A stretch of 64,000 bases of DNA from an uncultured Opitutales bacterium (GCA_964582055.1 CAZOPT010000001.1:63038-127037), one strand, 5' to 3'. Positions 7,896-18,072 are shown, counted from the stretch's first letter. Numbers and translations are program-made. The notes: generated by a model from the letters alone, not told the origin.

Positions 7896-8798
7896 CTACA
7901 AAAGTTCTTTGAGCTTTTGAGCAAGTAAGGGTGCTACTGAAACAATATTTAAATCGTTGATGAAGCCGCTTTCTAGAATGGGTAGCGTATCGGTTTCAAT
8001 TAAACCCTCAATAGGGCTTGCTGCTAGCTTCGAAAAAACTTCTTGTTTCGTAATACCGTGAGTTACTACACAAACGATTTTACGAGCACCGTTTTGGTAC
8101 AAATAAGTACTTGCGGTTTGTAAGGTTTTCCCTGAATCAATCATGTCATCTATCAAAACTACGGATTTTTGTTCGACATTTCCAACTAATGCTTGGATTT
8201 TAACCTGATTGTTTTGGCGAATTTTCCTACAAAACCCAAATGGCATCATTAACGCATTTGCAAATGATTGTGTTCGTTTTATAGCTCCTTCATCTGCGGC
8301 TACACATACCCAATTTTCGTTTGTTGGGTGCAGTTCTTTGAACTTTTCTAGAAGTAAATTATTGGCAGAAAGATTGTGAATCGTAAGTGCTTTACAGGGT
8401 AAAACGGGTTCATGTAAATCTATTGCAATCCAGTCATGAACGCCTGCGTAAGCCATCAATTCCCAAATAAACGAGTTGGTTGGCAATAGATCTGCTTTTG
8501 ATTGATTTTGTCGCGCATAAGGTGAACATGGCCAAACTACAATGATGTTTGAAGCCCCCGCACCTTTCGCTGCATTAATGGCCAGTAACAGTTCCATTAA
8601 ATCGGTATTTGTCTGTTGGGTTTGTTGTACGAAGAGAATGATTGGAATTTTTCTAATGGATTCCGAAAATGTTACCGAAATTTCTCCATTAGCAAACTGA
8701 ACCTTGTTTAAATAACAAGGCTCAATACTTAAATAAGAACATGTTTTTTGAAACAATTTACACGTTTTCGATGTGCAAAAAGCTTTAATGTTTGGCAT
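7896..8798 (-). CDS. prs: Ribose-phosphate pyrophosphokinase family protein (divergent)
   Basis: Prs-like layout with SPYARQ, IDLHE and VVLIDDMIDSGKTL motifs. Several normally invariant positions differ (see findings). It overlaps the lpxD 3' end by 14 nt. Confidence 0.7.
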   Translation of the reverse strand: MPNIKAFCTSKTCKLFQKTCSYLSIEPCYLNKVQFANGEISVTFSESIRKIPIILFVQQTQQTNTDLMELLLAINAAKGAGASNIIVVWPCSPYARQNQSKADLLPTNSFIWELMAYAGVHDWIAIDLHEPVLPCKALTIHNLSANNLLLEKFKELHPTNENWVCVAADEGAIKRTQSFANALMMPFGFCRKIRQNNQVKIQALVGNVEQKSVVLIDDMIDSGKTLQTASTYLYQNGARKIVCVVTHGITKQEVFSKLAASPIEGLIETDTLPILESGFINDLNIVSVAPLLAQKLKELL

Positions 8799-9876
8799 CT
8801 TGCTTTAGAAAACAGGCTTTCGTAGCGTCTTCTGTTAAATAGGCAAATGTTTTTTCTAAATTATCAACACGTTTAAACAATTCAGGAACGCGCCGCTTCA
8901 GACTATCGATTCGATGCGCTAGCATATAGGGTAAAGCAGGTGTACCGCGTACGAAACTATTGTCTTCTAGGTCATGATTAACACCAGCTTGTGCGCCAAT
9001 CATAACGTGGTTTCCTATGTGTAAGTGGCCTGCTAAACCGACTTGTCCAGCAATGACAGCGTAATCACCAATGCGAGTGCTGCCCGCAATACCAACGAAT
9101 GCAACAATAAAGCAGTGTTTACCAATCACAACATTGTGACCGATTTGAACCAAATTATCGATTTTTGTACCTTCTCCGATTCTCGTTTCGTCAATGCGAG
9201 CGCGATCAATGGTCGTATTAGCACCGATATCTACATAATCTTCTAATACAACATGTCCTAATTGTGGCGAACGACGATGACAACCTTCTTCAGTTTCGTA
9301 ACCATAACCTTCGGATCCAATAACAACACCTGCATCTAAAAAACAATTGTGGCCAATTTCAGTTTTATCTAAAATGGAGACGTTTGCTTTTATACAAGTA
9401 CCTGATTTGATGAGAACGTTATTCCCAACAAAGTCATGGGCAGCGAGAGAAACATCGTCTTCAATGATTGTGTGTGCACCGACAATGCATAAAGGCCCTA
9501 TATAAGCTTTTGCGGAAATTTTTGCAGAAGGATCGATAACAGCAGAAGGATGAATTCCGGGTTTAAATTTTGGCTTTGTTTGCCGTTCAACATCTCTACA
9601 GATGGCATCCAAAGCTTTGGAAGGATTTTCCACCATTAAGAAACATTGTCCTGCCTTTGGTGATCCTACATAGCTATTAGGGACTAAAATTAATGCTGCT
9701 TTAGAAGAAAAAACTTCAGCCTTATACTTCAAATTTCCTAAAAAAGAAATGTCAGATTCAGTAGCCTTGTCCAAGCTAGCGATTCCCGTAAAAACATCAC
9801 AAGAAGCACTTCCTTGCACTTTTGAAGGTTGTACAAGTTCAACAATCTCATTAAATGTATATTTAATCGTTAGCAT
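8785..9876 (-). CDS. lpxD: UDP-3-O-acylglucosamine N-acyltransferase
   Basis: 363 aa with long left-handed beta-helix hexapeptide repeats (IGxxxxI/V pattern), an LpxD-type N-terminal domain, and lpxD-skp-bamA synteny. Confidence 0.9.
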   Translation of the reverse strand: MLTIKYTFNEIVELVQPSKVQGSASCDVFTGIASLDKATESDISFLGNLKYKAEVFSSKAALILVPNSYVGSPKAGQCFLMVENPSKALDAICRDVERQTKPKFKPGIHPSAVIDPSAKISAKAYIGPLCIVGAHTIIEDDVSLAAHDFVGNNVLIKSGTCIKANVSILDKTEIGHNCFLDAGVVIGSEGYGYETEEGCHRRSPQLGHVVLEDYVDIGANTTIDRARIDETRIGEGTKIDNLVQIGHNVVIGKHCFIVAFVGIAGSTRIGDYAVIAGQVGLAGHLHIGNHVMIGAQAGVNHDLEDNSFVRGTPALPYMLAHRIDSLKRRVPELFKRVDNLEKTFAYLTEDATKACFLKQDAKH

Positions 9877-9893
9877 GGCCTATAATACTTGTT

Positions 9894-10460
9894 TTATTTT
9901 TTGTTTATCTTTGGGGCAGCTTTGTTAACAACTGCAATAACCTCTTGGGTTAAGTCGTACTTTGGCTTTGCATACAAAACCCCCATAGCAGCTTTGTTAA
10001 CAATGATATCAGCTTCTTTTTCCTTAGCTAAAACCTCAATACCTGCTTGGATTTCTTTGAAATGTTCATCCATAACCGCTTGACGTTTTTCACCTAATTT
10101 ACGTTCGTTTTCGGCACGGTAAGTATTAATTTCTTCGCCTTTTTTATTAATCTTTTCATCCAAATTAGTTAACTCTTTTTCCAGCTTTTCATTGATTTCC
10201 TTAGAATTCGCTGGATTTTCACGCTTTTTAATTAAATTTTCGCGTTCATCAAAAAGAACCTTTCCTTCTTGCATCAATTTTTCTAAGCCATCTTGTGACT
10301 GTTTTACGAGCAATTGGAAGTTTTCTTGTGCAGATTTTGTTTTGTAAAAATGCTCATAAACCTCACTCAGATCTACAGCATAAATTTTTTGATCATCCCC
10401 CATAGTATTTAAAGAGGCGGATATAACTCCCATTGCAATTAAACTTATTTTCTTCAACAT
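9894..10460 (-). CDS. skp: Periplasmic chaperone Skp/OmpH family
   Basis: 188 aa with a signal peptide and a Lys/Glu-rich coiled coil. It lies between bamA and lpxD. Confidence 0.75.
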   Translation of the reverse strand: MLKKISLIAMGVISASLNTMGDDQKIYAVDLSEVYEHFYKTKSAQENFQLLVKQSQDGLEKLMQEGKVLFDERENLIKKRENPANSKEINEKLEKELTNLDEKINKKGEEINTYRAENERKLGEKRQAVMDEHFKEIQAGIEVLAKEKEADIIVNKAAMGVLYAKPKYDLTQEVIAVVNKAAPKINKK

Positions 10461-10472
10461 AATTTTACCTTT

Positions 10473-12791
10473 CTAAAAAGAGACTCCAAATGAATATACA
10501 ATATGGGGTGCTTTCTTCTTATTATACGAATCTGTTTTCAAAGGGAAAGCAAAATCTAAACGAAAAGGTGCACCTAAAACATGAATTCTTAATCCAAACC
10601 CTGCATCACTGTTCCAGCCACCTGATTTTGTATCTAAATATTTATTGTTAAGTTCTTTTACTTGACCGATATCAAAAAATCCAACTAGCCGAACAATGGA
10701 GTGTACTTTGACAGAATATTCAGATTTTAAGTAAGAAAAACGCTTACCTCCTAAATTTTCATGATACTTGTCGTTGGTTTTAGGGCCTACTTCGCGGTAA
10801 TCAAAGCCACGTAAATTGTCTGGACCTCCTAAAAATTCGCGTTCAAAGAGTGGAACTTCTTGACCCGATAATCCACGAACCAAACCTGTTTTTCCACCGA
10901 TAAGAAAAGTTTGTTCATATTCTGGGCTAACTAAAAACCACCTAGCTGCTGTAAAATTTGTACGTAAATATTTAGTTGCTCCACCAAGACCTGCCCATTG
11001 ATTATCCCAAACCATGTAAGTTCCACAGGTTGGATAAATAAACTGATCACGTGTATCACGTTCCAATAAAAATCCAATTTTAGAAATGGTACGTTTACCT
11101 TCTTCGTCCTTGATGATTTGCGAAACATCTGCAGAATGGATATCCGTTAACTTAAATTGCTCGAGATGATAATATAACCGCCCTTCTACTTGTTCAAAAA
11201 GGCGTTTAGCTAAATAAACTTCACCACCTAAACGTATTTCTTTGAAATGATCGCTATCAAACTTGCTCATGTTTCGAAACAAGTTGAATCCTAAACGTAG
11301 TTCTCGATCAAACAACCAAGGCTCTTCAAACGATAAACCAACTTCGTTCGAGTACTTACCGATACTTGTATTAATTTGAAACTTTTGACCGGCACCACGA
11401 AAATAATCTTTGGAATTCTTATAATCAAAGTTATTTTGACTTAAAGTAACACCAAATGTAAACTTTTCAACACTATTGAGTGCACCTGAAAAATAAATAC
11501 TTCCTGTAGGATTTTCTTCAACAATAACTTTTATGTCTTTTTCACAGGGACTATTAGAATCTTCCGGGGCTAATTGAACACTTTTGAAAAAACCTGTGTT
11601 GTAAAGACGTTGTTCTGCTTTTTTAATGCGTGTGCGGTCTAAAATATCACCAGGTGCTAGATTCATTTCGCGTAAAATAACACGTGCTTGTGTATGAATA
11701 TTCCCACTTAAATAAAGCGAATGAATGCGATATTGTAATCCACGAGTGACTTGAAAATGTAGATCCAATAAACCTTCTGTAACCCATTTACGTGCGACAT
11801 TTACTTCTGCATCAATATAGCCATAACGTCCATAAAAATCTCGTATACGTTCACAAGCTTCTTCTATTTCTTCGGGCGAAGCAATGCTTCCTTCCTTGAG
11901 TTGTACACATTTTTTTAAAACCTCTAAATCTTCTGTTTTATCGCAATTTAATGCAATTTGATGAATTTTATAACAAATTCCTTCATTTACTGGAATAACA
12001 ACACGTAAATGATTTCCACGCTCTAATAAACGAATTTTATCACGATCAATTTCAACATCCAAATAGCCTTTATTTCTGTAAAGTGTTTCAATTTTTTCTA
12101 AATCTTTCTGCCAAATTGTTTCATCAAAACGGCCTGTTTTTGTTAACCAAGATAACCAACCCCATGTTTTGGTACGCATTTGATCTAGCAGCTCTTTTTT
12201 TTCGAAAACACTTACCCCTTCAAAACAAATATCTTTAATACGCAAACAAGGACCTTCCTTAATTTCGAAAATGACTGTATGATATCCTGTTTTGCTTGGT
12301 TTTGTGCGAACTTTTGCTTCTACCTTACAGTAGCCTTTAGCCTGATAGAAATGCTTTAATACAGTTAAATCTTGGACTAATTGACTTTCGTTCATAGGCT
12401 GATTAACCCGACTTTTCATCCCATAAAGTAACTCATTGTCGCGAAAATGCTTATTGCCAATAAATTGAAAGGTTTCAATACGTGGACAGATTTTCCCCAG
12501 AAGGCGAACCTTAAGCTTACCTGATTCAACTTCGGTAAACCAGTGTAGCTCATTAAACCAGCCTGTTTTGTAGAGTTGCTTAGACGCTAAATCTAAATCT
12601 TTTCCGCGAATTTGATTGCCTTCTTTAAATCCTAATTGTGCACGAACATAATCTTCAGAAATATTTTTGTAACCTTGTAACTCAATTTGTAATTGTTGAA
12701 GAGGCAACAATTCACCATTCCAAATGATTTCTTGCCCTTGTAGGAGCAAACCATCTAGTAAAAGACCTAAAATCCATGCTGTTTTTTTCAT
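10473..12791 (-). CDS. bamA: Outer membrane protein assembly factor BamA (Omp85)
   Basis: 772 aa with a signal peptide, repeated POTRA-like segments, and a C-terminal beta-barrel ending in an aromatic residue (YSFGVSF). Confidence 0.9.
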   Translation of the reverse strand: MKKTAWILGLLLDGLLLQGQEIIWNGELLPLQQLQIELQGYKNISEDYVRAQLGFKEGNQIRGKDLDLASKQLYKTGWFNELHWFTEVESGKLKVRLLGKICPRIETFQFIGNKHFRDNELLYGMKSRVNQPMNESQLVQDLTVLKHFYQAKGYCKVEAKVRTKPSKTGYHTVIFEIKEGPCLRIKDICFEGVSVFEKKELLDQMRTKTWGWLSWLTKTGRFDETIWQKDLEKIETLYRNKGYLDVEIDRDKIRLLERGNHLRVVIPVNEGICYKIHQIALNCDKTEDLEVLKKCVQLKEGSIASPEEIEEACERIRDFYGRYGYIDAEVNVARKWVTEGLLDLHFQVTRGLQYRIHSLYLSGNIHTQARVILREMNLAPGDILDRTRIKKAEQRLYNTGFFKSVQLAPEDSNSPCEKDIKVIVEENPTGSIYFSGALNSVEKFTFGVTLSQNNFDYKNSKDYFRGAGQKFQINTSIGKYSNEVGLSFEEPWLFDRELRLGFNLFRNMSKFDSDHFKEIRLGGEVYLAKRLFEQVEGRLYYHLEQFKLTDIHSADVSQIIKDEEGKRTISKIGFLLERDTRDQFIYPTCGTYMVWDNQWAGLGGATKYLRTNFTAARWFLVSPEYEQTFLIGGKTGLVRGLSGQEVPLFEREFLGGPDNLRGFDYREVGPKTNDKYHENLGGKRFSYLKSEYSVKVHSIVRLVGFFDIGQVKELNNKYLDTKSGGWNSDAGFGLRIHVLGAPFRLDFAFPLKTDSYNKKKAPHIVYSFGVSF

Positions 12792-12792
12792 T

Positions 12793-14184
12793 TTAATCTA
12801 AATCCTTTGCATAATTTTCAAAACGTGTTAATGACTTTATATAGGTCAAATTAACAGCCCCAACAGGCCCATTACGCTGCTTGGCAATCAGTAATTCTCG
12901 TACGACAATATCTTCATTAACAGTCTCATCTACAGGACCATTTTCATCAAATTTTTTGGAAAGCAATAACACCAAGTCCGCATCTTGTTCTATCGAACCG
13001 GATTCGCGTAAATCCGACAAACGAGGTTGCCGACGTTCTTTTTCGGATTCACGGTTCAACTGACTTAAAACAATTACAGGGACATTTAATTCCTTAGCTA
13101 ATCCTTTGATGCCTCTGGAAATTTCCGCGATTTGTTGTTCACGAGGAACTTTGGGATCAGTGCCCGAAATCAATTGTAGGTAATCGATAATAACTAATCC
13201 CAAACCATGTTGTGCATGCACACGACGTGCTTTTGAACGCAATTCTAATATAGTTGTATTTGAGGATGCATCGATCCATAAAGGTGCTTTCTTAAATTCA
13301 GAAGCAACCATCGTAAGTTCGTGCGACTTGCCATCTGTAATGTATCCACAACGCAATTTCGTCATGTTGATGTGTGCGCGCCCACACAGCATACGTATAG
13401 CTAATTGTTCAGCGCTCATTTCAAGGCTGAAAAAGAGCGTTGGGACGGGATTTTTCCCTAAAATGGCCACTTCTGCAAAATTAAGTGCTAAAGCTGTTTT
13501 TCCCATCGATGGACGTGCTGCCAAAACAATCATTTCAGCTGGATGAAAACCAGATGTTAAATTGTCAAGTTCGATAAAACCACTTTTTATTCCGCTAACG
13601 CTTTCTGAATGTTGCAACAGATTCTGAATCGTGTTAACGGCTTTATCTAAAGAAACATCAAATGCCTGCGCAGAATCTTCGACACGGCCACTACTAATCT
13701 CTAAAACTTTTCCTTCGACACTTTCAATAAATTGATCGATGTCATCAACTCCTTGATAAGCATCTTCCAGGCCTGTCATAAAGAATCGAACCAAATTGCG
13801 TGCAATTTCTAAATCTTTTACTCTTTGAGCGTAAAAACTCAAATTGGCAGGTGTCTCAATGCGGTTTGTGATTTCGTTAAGATAAGCGTAATTCCCAATA
13901 CGTTCTAGCTTTCCGGATGTCTTTAAACGTTCCGAAACGGTCAATTCATTAACTGGAGCACCTTCTTGGTACAAAAGTAAGCAAATTTTAAAAATTTCTG
14001 CATGTGCAGGAATATAAAAAGAACAAGGCGATAGCTTTAAATCGATGCATTTTGCCAAACTATCTTGCCCTCCTTCCAACATACAAGCAGCCAACAAAGC
14101 CTGCTCGTAATCCACACTGTAAGGAGGCTCTCGAAGTGCTTTTTCTCGCTTAACTTCGTTAGCCATACTTAATAATTGTAACAA
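12793..14184 (-). CDS. dnaB: Replicative DNA helicase DnaB
   Basis: PPYSVDYEQALLAACML N-terminal motif, Walker A ARPSMGKTALALN, and IIDYLQLI and LSQLNR motifs. Confidence 0.95.
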   Translation of the reverse strand: MLQLLSMANEVKREKALREPPYSVDYEQALLAACMLEGGQDSLAKCIDLKLSPCSFYIPAHAEIFKICLLLYQEGAPVNELTVSERLKTSGKLERIGNYAYLNEITNRIETPANLSFYAQRVKDLEIARNLVRFFMTGLEDAYQGVDDIDQFIESVEGKVLEISSGRVEDSAQAFDVSLDKAVNTIQNLLQHSESVSGIKSGFIELDNLTSGFHPAEMIVLAARPSMGKTALALNFAEVAILGKNPVPTLFFSLEMSAEQLAIRMLCGRAHINMTKLRCGYITDGKSHELTMVASEFKKAPLWIDASSNTTILELRSKARRVHAQHGLGLVIIDYLQLISGTDPKVPREQQIAEISRGIKGLAKELNVPVIVLSQLNRESEKERRQPRLSDLRESGSIEQDADLVLLLSKKFDENGPVDETVNEDIVVRELLIAKQRNGPVGAVNLTYIKSLTRFENYAKDLD

Positions 14185-14649
14185 TTAAGCAATTGGATTT
14201 TCGGAAACAACCTCAACGGATAAGTTTAAATGTATATCCTTGTGCAAGCGAACTTGGAATGAATGTCTTCCTAAAGTTTTTATTGGCTGTTGTAAGCGAA
14301 TACAGCTTTTGTCGAACTCAATACCTTCTTCAGTATAGCGTTTCCACAAATCGTTGTGTGAAACAGAACCGAATAATTTGCCTTCTTCTCCAGTCTTTAC
14401 TGCAATTGTCAAAGAAATAGCTTCTAAACGTTTTGCTAGAGTTTGTGCTTCTTCTAACTCTTTTGCCTCACGAGCTGCACGAGCTTTCTGTAAGGCTTCT
14501 ATTTGCTTTGCATTGGCGCGAACAAAAGGCATAACCCAATGCTTGGGCAATAGAAAATTGCGAGCATATCCTGCCTTTACGGAAACGATATCACCTTCGC
14601 CTCCAAGATTCTTTACTGGCTTTAACAACAAAACTTTTATATGTGCCAT
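14185..14649 (-). CDS. rplI: 50S ribosomal protein L9
   Basis: MAHIKVLLLKPVKNLGGEGDIVSVKAGYARNFLLP is canonical L9. Confidence 0.9.
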   Translation of the reverse strand: MAHIKVLLLKPVKNLGGEGDIVSVKAGYARNFLLPKHWVMPFVRANAKQIEALQKARAAREAKELEEAQTLAKRLEAISLTIAVKTGEEGKLFGSVSHNDLWKRYTEEGIEFDKSCIRLQQPIKTLGRHSFQVRLHKDIHLNLSVEVVSENPIA

Positions 14650-14676
14650 AATACGATTCTTATTAAATTTTAATTC

Positions 14677-15135
14677 TTAAAAAGGAACATCTTCATCTGC
14701 AGCATTATTGAAAGGTGTATTTATACTTTCACCTTTGGATTCTGCCTTCTCATAAGAAAATGGTGTTGATGTTTTTTCTGTTCCATCTATTTGCTGAGCG
14801 TTTGACCCTACAAAGACAAAGTTTTCTAAAATAACCATCAATTTACTACGTTTTTCGCCGGTTTGATTTTGCCATTCATTTAAGCGTAAACGTCCTTCAA
14901 CAAAAATAGGACGTCCTTTTGTGAAATATTTAGCAACAACTTCGGCTTGTTTTCCAAAAGCTTCTATATCCACAAACGTGGTTTCTTCTCGCATTCCATT
15001 TTCTGCTTTTTCAGTCTTTACAGAACGCGAACACGCCAATGTAAAACGGCAAATCGAAAGTCCACTGGGGGTTACACGCAATTCTGGATCGCGTACCAAA
15101 TTCCCCATCAACATTACTTTATTATAAGAAGCCAT
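14677..15135 (-). CDS. ssb: Single-stranded DNA-binding protein
   Basis: OB-fold N-terminus NKVMLMGNLVRDPELR and an acidic C-terminal tip DEDVPF. Confidence 0.9.
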   Translation of the reverse strand: MASYNKVMLMGNLVRDPELRVTPSGLSICRFTLACSRSVKTEKAENGMREETTFVDIEAFGKQAEVVAKYFTKGRPIFVEGRLRLNEWQNQTGEKRSKLMVILENFVFVGSNAQQIDGTEKTSTPFSYEKAESKGESINTPFNNAADEDVPF

Positions 15136-15141
15136 ACTGCT

Positions 15142-15435
15142 TTAAGCCTTAACTGCTTCAACAATAACACGATTGACGTTTGGATTTAAACCGATACGTT
15201 CTTGCAAAATTTTATTAAAAGAAGCGTCTGCTTTGCAAGTAATCGTAACGTATTGTCCTGCAACAAAATCTTTGCGTGGACAACGTGAAAAAGATTTTAA
15301 TCCTAAATCTTCTACCTTTACAATATCGGCACCCATTTCTACAATAAGCCCCTTAACTTGTTCTACCAACGCATTAATCGGTTCGCGCCATTTATGCGTG
15401 TCTAAAATAAACGTTGCTTGATATTCTTTTTTCAT
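15142..15435 (-). CDS. rpsF: 30S ribosomal protein S6
   Basis: 97 aa beginning KEYQATFILD, located upstream of ssb and rplI. Confidence 0.85.
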   Translation of the reverse strand: MKKEYQATFILDTHKWREPINALVEQVKGLIVEMGADIVKVEDLGLKSFSRCPRKDFVAGQYVTITCKADASFNKILQERIGLNPNVNRVIVEAVKA

Positions 15436-15439
15436 TTTA

Positions 15440-16018
15440 TTATCGTTCTATAAAATTCAGGCCTTTTATGACGCCTTTGTCAATAAGGACTTCAATGTTC
15501 TTTTCAAATTTTTTTGTAATTTCGGGTAATTCTGCTATTTCTTGTTCTGTCAAACGCCCCAAAACAAAACTGTTAAGTTGCATTGTAGGCGATCCCAAGC
15601 CGATGCGATAGCGTATAAAACCATTTCCTAAATGCGAAATAATGCTTTTTATGCCATTATGACCTGCATCTCCTGGAATAGTTGAAACTTTAAACTTTAA
15701 CCAAGGAATGGTAACATCGTCACAGATAACCAATACTTCTTCCGTTTTTAGTTTGAAATAGTGACAAAAAGCTTGGACAGCTTCACCACTTAAATTCATA
15801 AATGTTTGCGGTTTTATGCAATAAATTTTGTGATTTGCAATAGAAATAACAGCAACTTGACACTTGCACTTTTTATTTTCCTCCCAGCATCCTCCCTTAG
15901 ATTTTATTAAAGCGTCTAAGAGAAGAAAACCCATATTGTGACGCGTGAGCGCATACAGCAAACCTGGATTTCCTAATCCCACGAGCAAACTTATTGTCCA
16001 ATTTAGAGCAGGCATCAA
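15440..16018 (-). CDS. pth: Peptidyl-tRNA hydrolase
   Basis: LLVGLGNPG...TRHNMGF motif. 192 aa. Confidence 0.9.
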   Translation of the reverse strand: MMPALNWTISLLVGLGNPGLLYALTRHNMGFLLLDALIKSKGGCWEENKKCKCQVAVISIANHKIYCIKPQTFMNLSGEAVQAFCHYFKLKTEEVLVICDDVTIPWLKFKVSTIPGDAGHNGIKSIISHLGNGFIRYRIGLGSPTMQLNSFVLGRLTEQEIAELPEITKKFEKNIEVLIDKGVIKGLNFIER

Positions 16019-16033
16019 GTAGATTTATTTTAT

Positions 16034-16636
16034 TTACTTTTGGCTAACTTCTTTTTCGTCTTCAGCTGCTTCAATATTATCGTCTTCTAGCTCTACACAA
16101 GAAACAACAACATCATCTACAGGCGTTTTGTAAACAATGCCTTTAAGCGCAGGCAAATTCTTAACGTGCATAGACATACCTAAACCTAAACTTGCAATGT
16201 CAACCTCGATGAATGCAGGAAGATTATCTGGCAAACAAGAAATGGCAACCGTATGACGAGCAATATCCAAAAGTCCTCCACCTTCTTTTACACCAATAGG
16301 ATCGCCGATAAAACGTAAAGGTACGTTGGTAATCATAGGTTTGTCGGCAGCAATCTCTTTAAAATCAACATGTAAGAAGTTATCCTTGCGAGGATCGCGT
16401 TGCTCTGCTTGTAACATTGCTAAGGTTACTTCTTCACCGCAAACGAGCTCTATAAATGCAACTCCGTCTCCTTTTTCTAACATCATTTTGCGGAATTCAG
16501 GTGTCAAAATTTGTAACTGTTTTACGCCCGAATGACCATAAACGACGGCAGGAATATATCCACTTTTACGTAAGCGTCCACTTGCCCTGGAACCATTCAC
16601 TTCACGCTTTTCAACAACAAGTCGTATCTTTTTCAT
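16034..16636 (-). CDS. rplY: 50S ribosomal protein L25 / general stress protein Ctc
   Basis: RASGRLRKSGYIPAVVYG N-terminus, two-domain length (200 aa) and an acidic tail. Confidence 0.85.
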   Translation of the reverse strand: MKKIRLVVEKREVNGSRASGRLRKSGYIPAVVYGHSGVKQLQILTPEFRKMMLEKGDGVAFIELVCGEEVTLAMLQAEQRDPRKDNFLHVDFKEIAADKPMITNVPLRFIGDPIGVKEGGGLLDIARHTVAISCLPDNLPAFIEVDIASLGLGMSMHVKNLPALKGIVYKTPVDDVVVSCVELEDDNIEAAEDEKEVSQK

Positions 16637-16740
16637 AAATCTTTTATTGCTATAACAACTTTTTATACTTTAAAGTAACTACACATTAAAGAAGCAAAAT
16701 TTTTTACAACATACAACTTAAAAAATAGTTTTTTTACAAA

Positions 16741-18072
16741 ATGGAAAAATTGGGAAGGAAAATTTGGATAAAAACATACGGTTGTCAGATGAATATGCGT
16801 GATAGTGATACGCTAAAAACACTCTTGGAAGCCGATGGACACTGTATTGTTGATGCAGAAGAGGAAGCAGACATTGCACTTTTATATACTTGCAGTATTC
16901 GCGATCTTGCTGAAAATAAAGTTTTGGGAAAAGCAGGGCGTTTAATATGTAACAAGAAAAAGAATCCTAATTATCGTATTGGAATTTTAGGTTGTATGGC
17001 TTCGCGACAAGGTAAAAATTTATTAAAAAAGTTACCGCAACTCGATTGGATTATTGCGCCACAAAATTTGTCTGAAGCACCACGGCTAATTCGCCAGACT
17101 TTAGAAAATAATCTTACGGATTGTTTAGTTTCTGAAATCCCTGAAGTTTTTGATTTTTCTTGTTATGAGGCCAAAGGAGTTAGTCAAGCTACTTTGTTTG
17201 TTCCTATTCAGCAAGGTTGCAATATGGCTTGTTCATACTGTATTGTGCCACAGACAAGAGGTCGGCAACAAAATCGTTCTTTGACCTCCATTCTAAAAGA
17301 AATTGCAACAGCTGCTCGAGGAGGCACAAAAGAAATTACTTTACTAGGGCAAATTGTTAATTCCTATCAGGATCCAGAAACGCAAAAACGTTTTTCGGAT
17401 TTGTTGGAAGCTGTACAGGCTATTGAAGGAATTGAACGTATCCGTTTTGTTTCGCCTCATCCTACCTTTTTTATCGATAATTTAATTGAATGTTTTGCGA
17501 AACTGCCTAAGTTATGTCCTGCCATTCATTTGCCGGTTCAAAGTGGATCAAATCGCTTATTAAAAGAAATGCATCGCGCTTATACAAAAGAAAAGATTTA
17601 TGCAATTGTGAATGAATTGAGGGCCATTGATCCACTGTTTTCTATTTCTACAGATGTTATAGTAGGTTATCCAGGTGAAACAGAAACCGATTTTAAAGAT
17701 ACATGTGAATTGTTTGATCATATTCAGTTTGATATGGCTTATGTTTTTAAATATAGTCCACGTCCATCGACCCTTGCTGCACCTCAACAAGATACGATCT
17801 TGGGCATAGAAGATGCTGTTAAGGAAGAACGTAATCAGATTCTTTTGGAAAAGTTGAATCGTTATTCGACAGCTTACAATGAGCGTTTTTTAGGTACACA
17901 GCAATCGATTTTAATAGAAGGTAAACCGCATCGGGGAGCTAATAAACTTTTTGGTCGCAATGTTTATAATAAGAAGGTTATTATTGAAGGTCCTGAATCA
18001 TGGATTGGTGCCTTAAAAATGGTATATATAACAAAAACTTCTTCCAGTATTCTCGAGGGTAAAGCTTTGTGA
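16741..18072 (+). CDS. miaB: tRNA-i6A37 methylthiotransferase MiaB
   Basis: KTYGCQMNMRDSD N-terminal cluster, radical-SAM CNMACSYCIVP motif and a C-terminal TRAM-like segment. Confidence 0.85.
   Translation: MEKLGRKIWIKTYGCQMNMRDSDTLKTLLEADGHCIVDAEEEADIALLYTCSIRDLAENKVLGKAGRLICNKKKNPNYRIGILGCMASRQGKNLLKKLPQLDWIIAPQNLSEAPRLIRQTLENNLTDCLVSEIPEVFDFSCYEAKGVSQATLFVPIQQGCNMACSYCIVPQTRGRQQNRSLTSILKEIATAARGGTKEITLLGQIVNSYQDPETQKRFSDLLEAVQAIEGIERIRFVSPHPTFFIDNLIECFAKLPKLCPAIHLPVQSGSNRLLKEMHRAYTKEKIYAIVNELRAIDPLFSISTDVIVGYPGETETDFKDTCELFDHIQFDMAYVFKYSPRPSTLAAPQQDTILGIEDAVKEERNQILLEKLNRYSTAYNERFLGTQQSILIEGKPHRGANKLFGRNVYNKKVIIEGPESWIGALKMVYITKTSSSILEGKAL

Noticed and set aside
14193-14680. Plus-strand ORFs (75 and 108 aa) opposite rplI
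   Set aside because: They are antisense to a well-supported ribosomal protein gene, have a low-complexity Ser/Ala/Phe-rich translation and no RBS. They look like stop-poor antisense frames.
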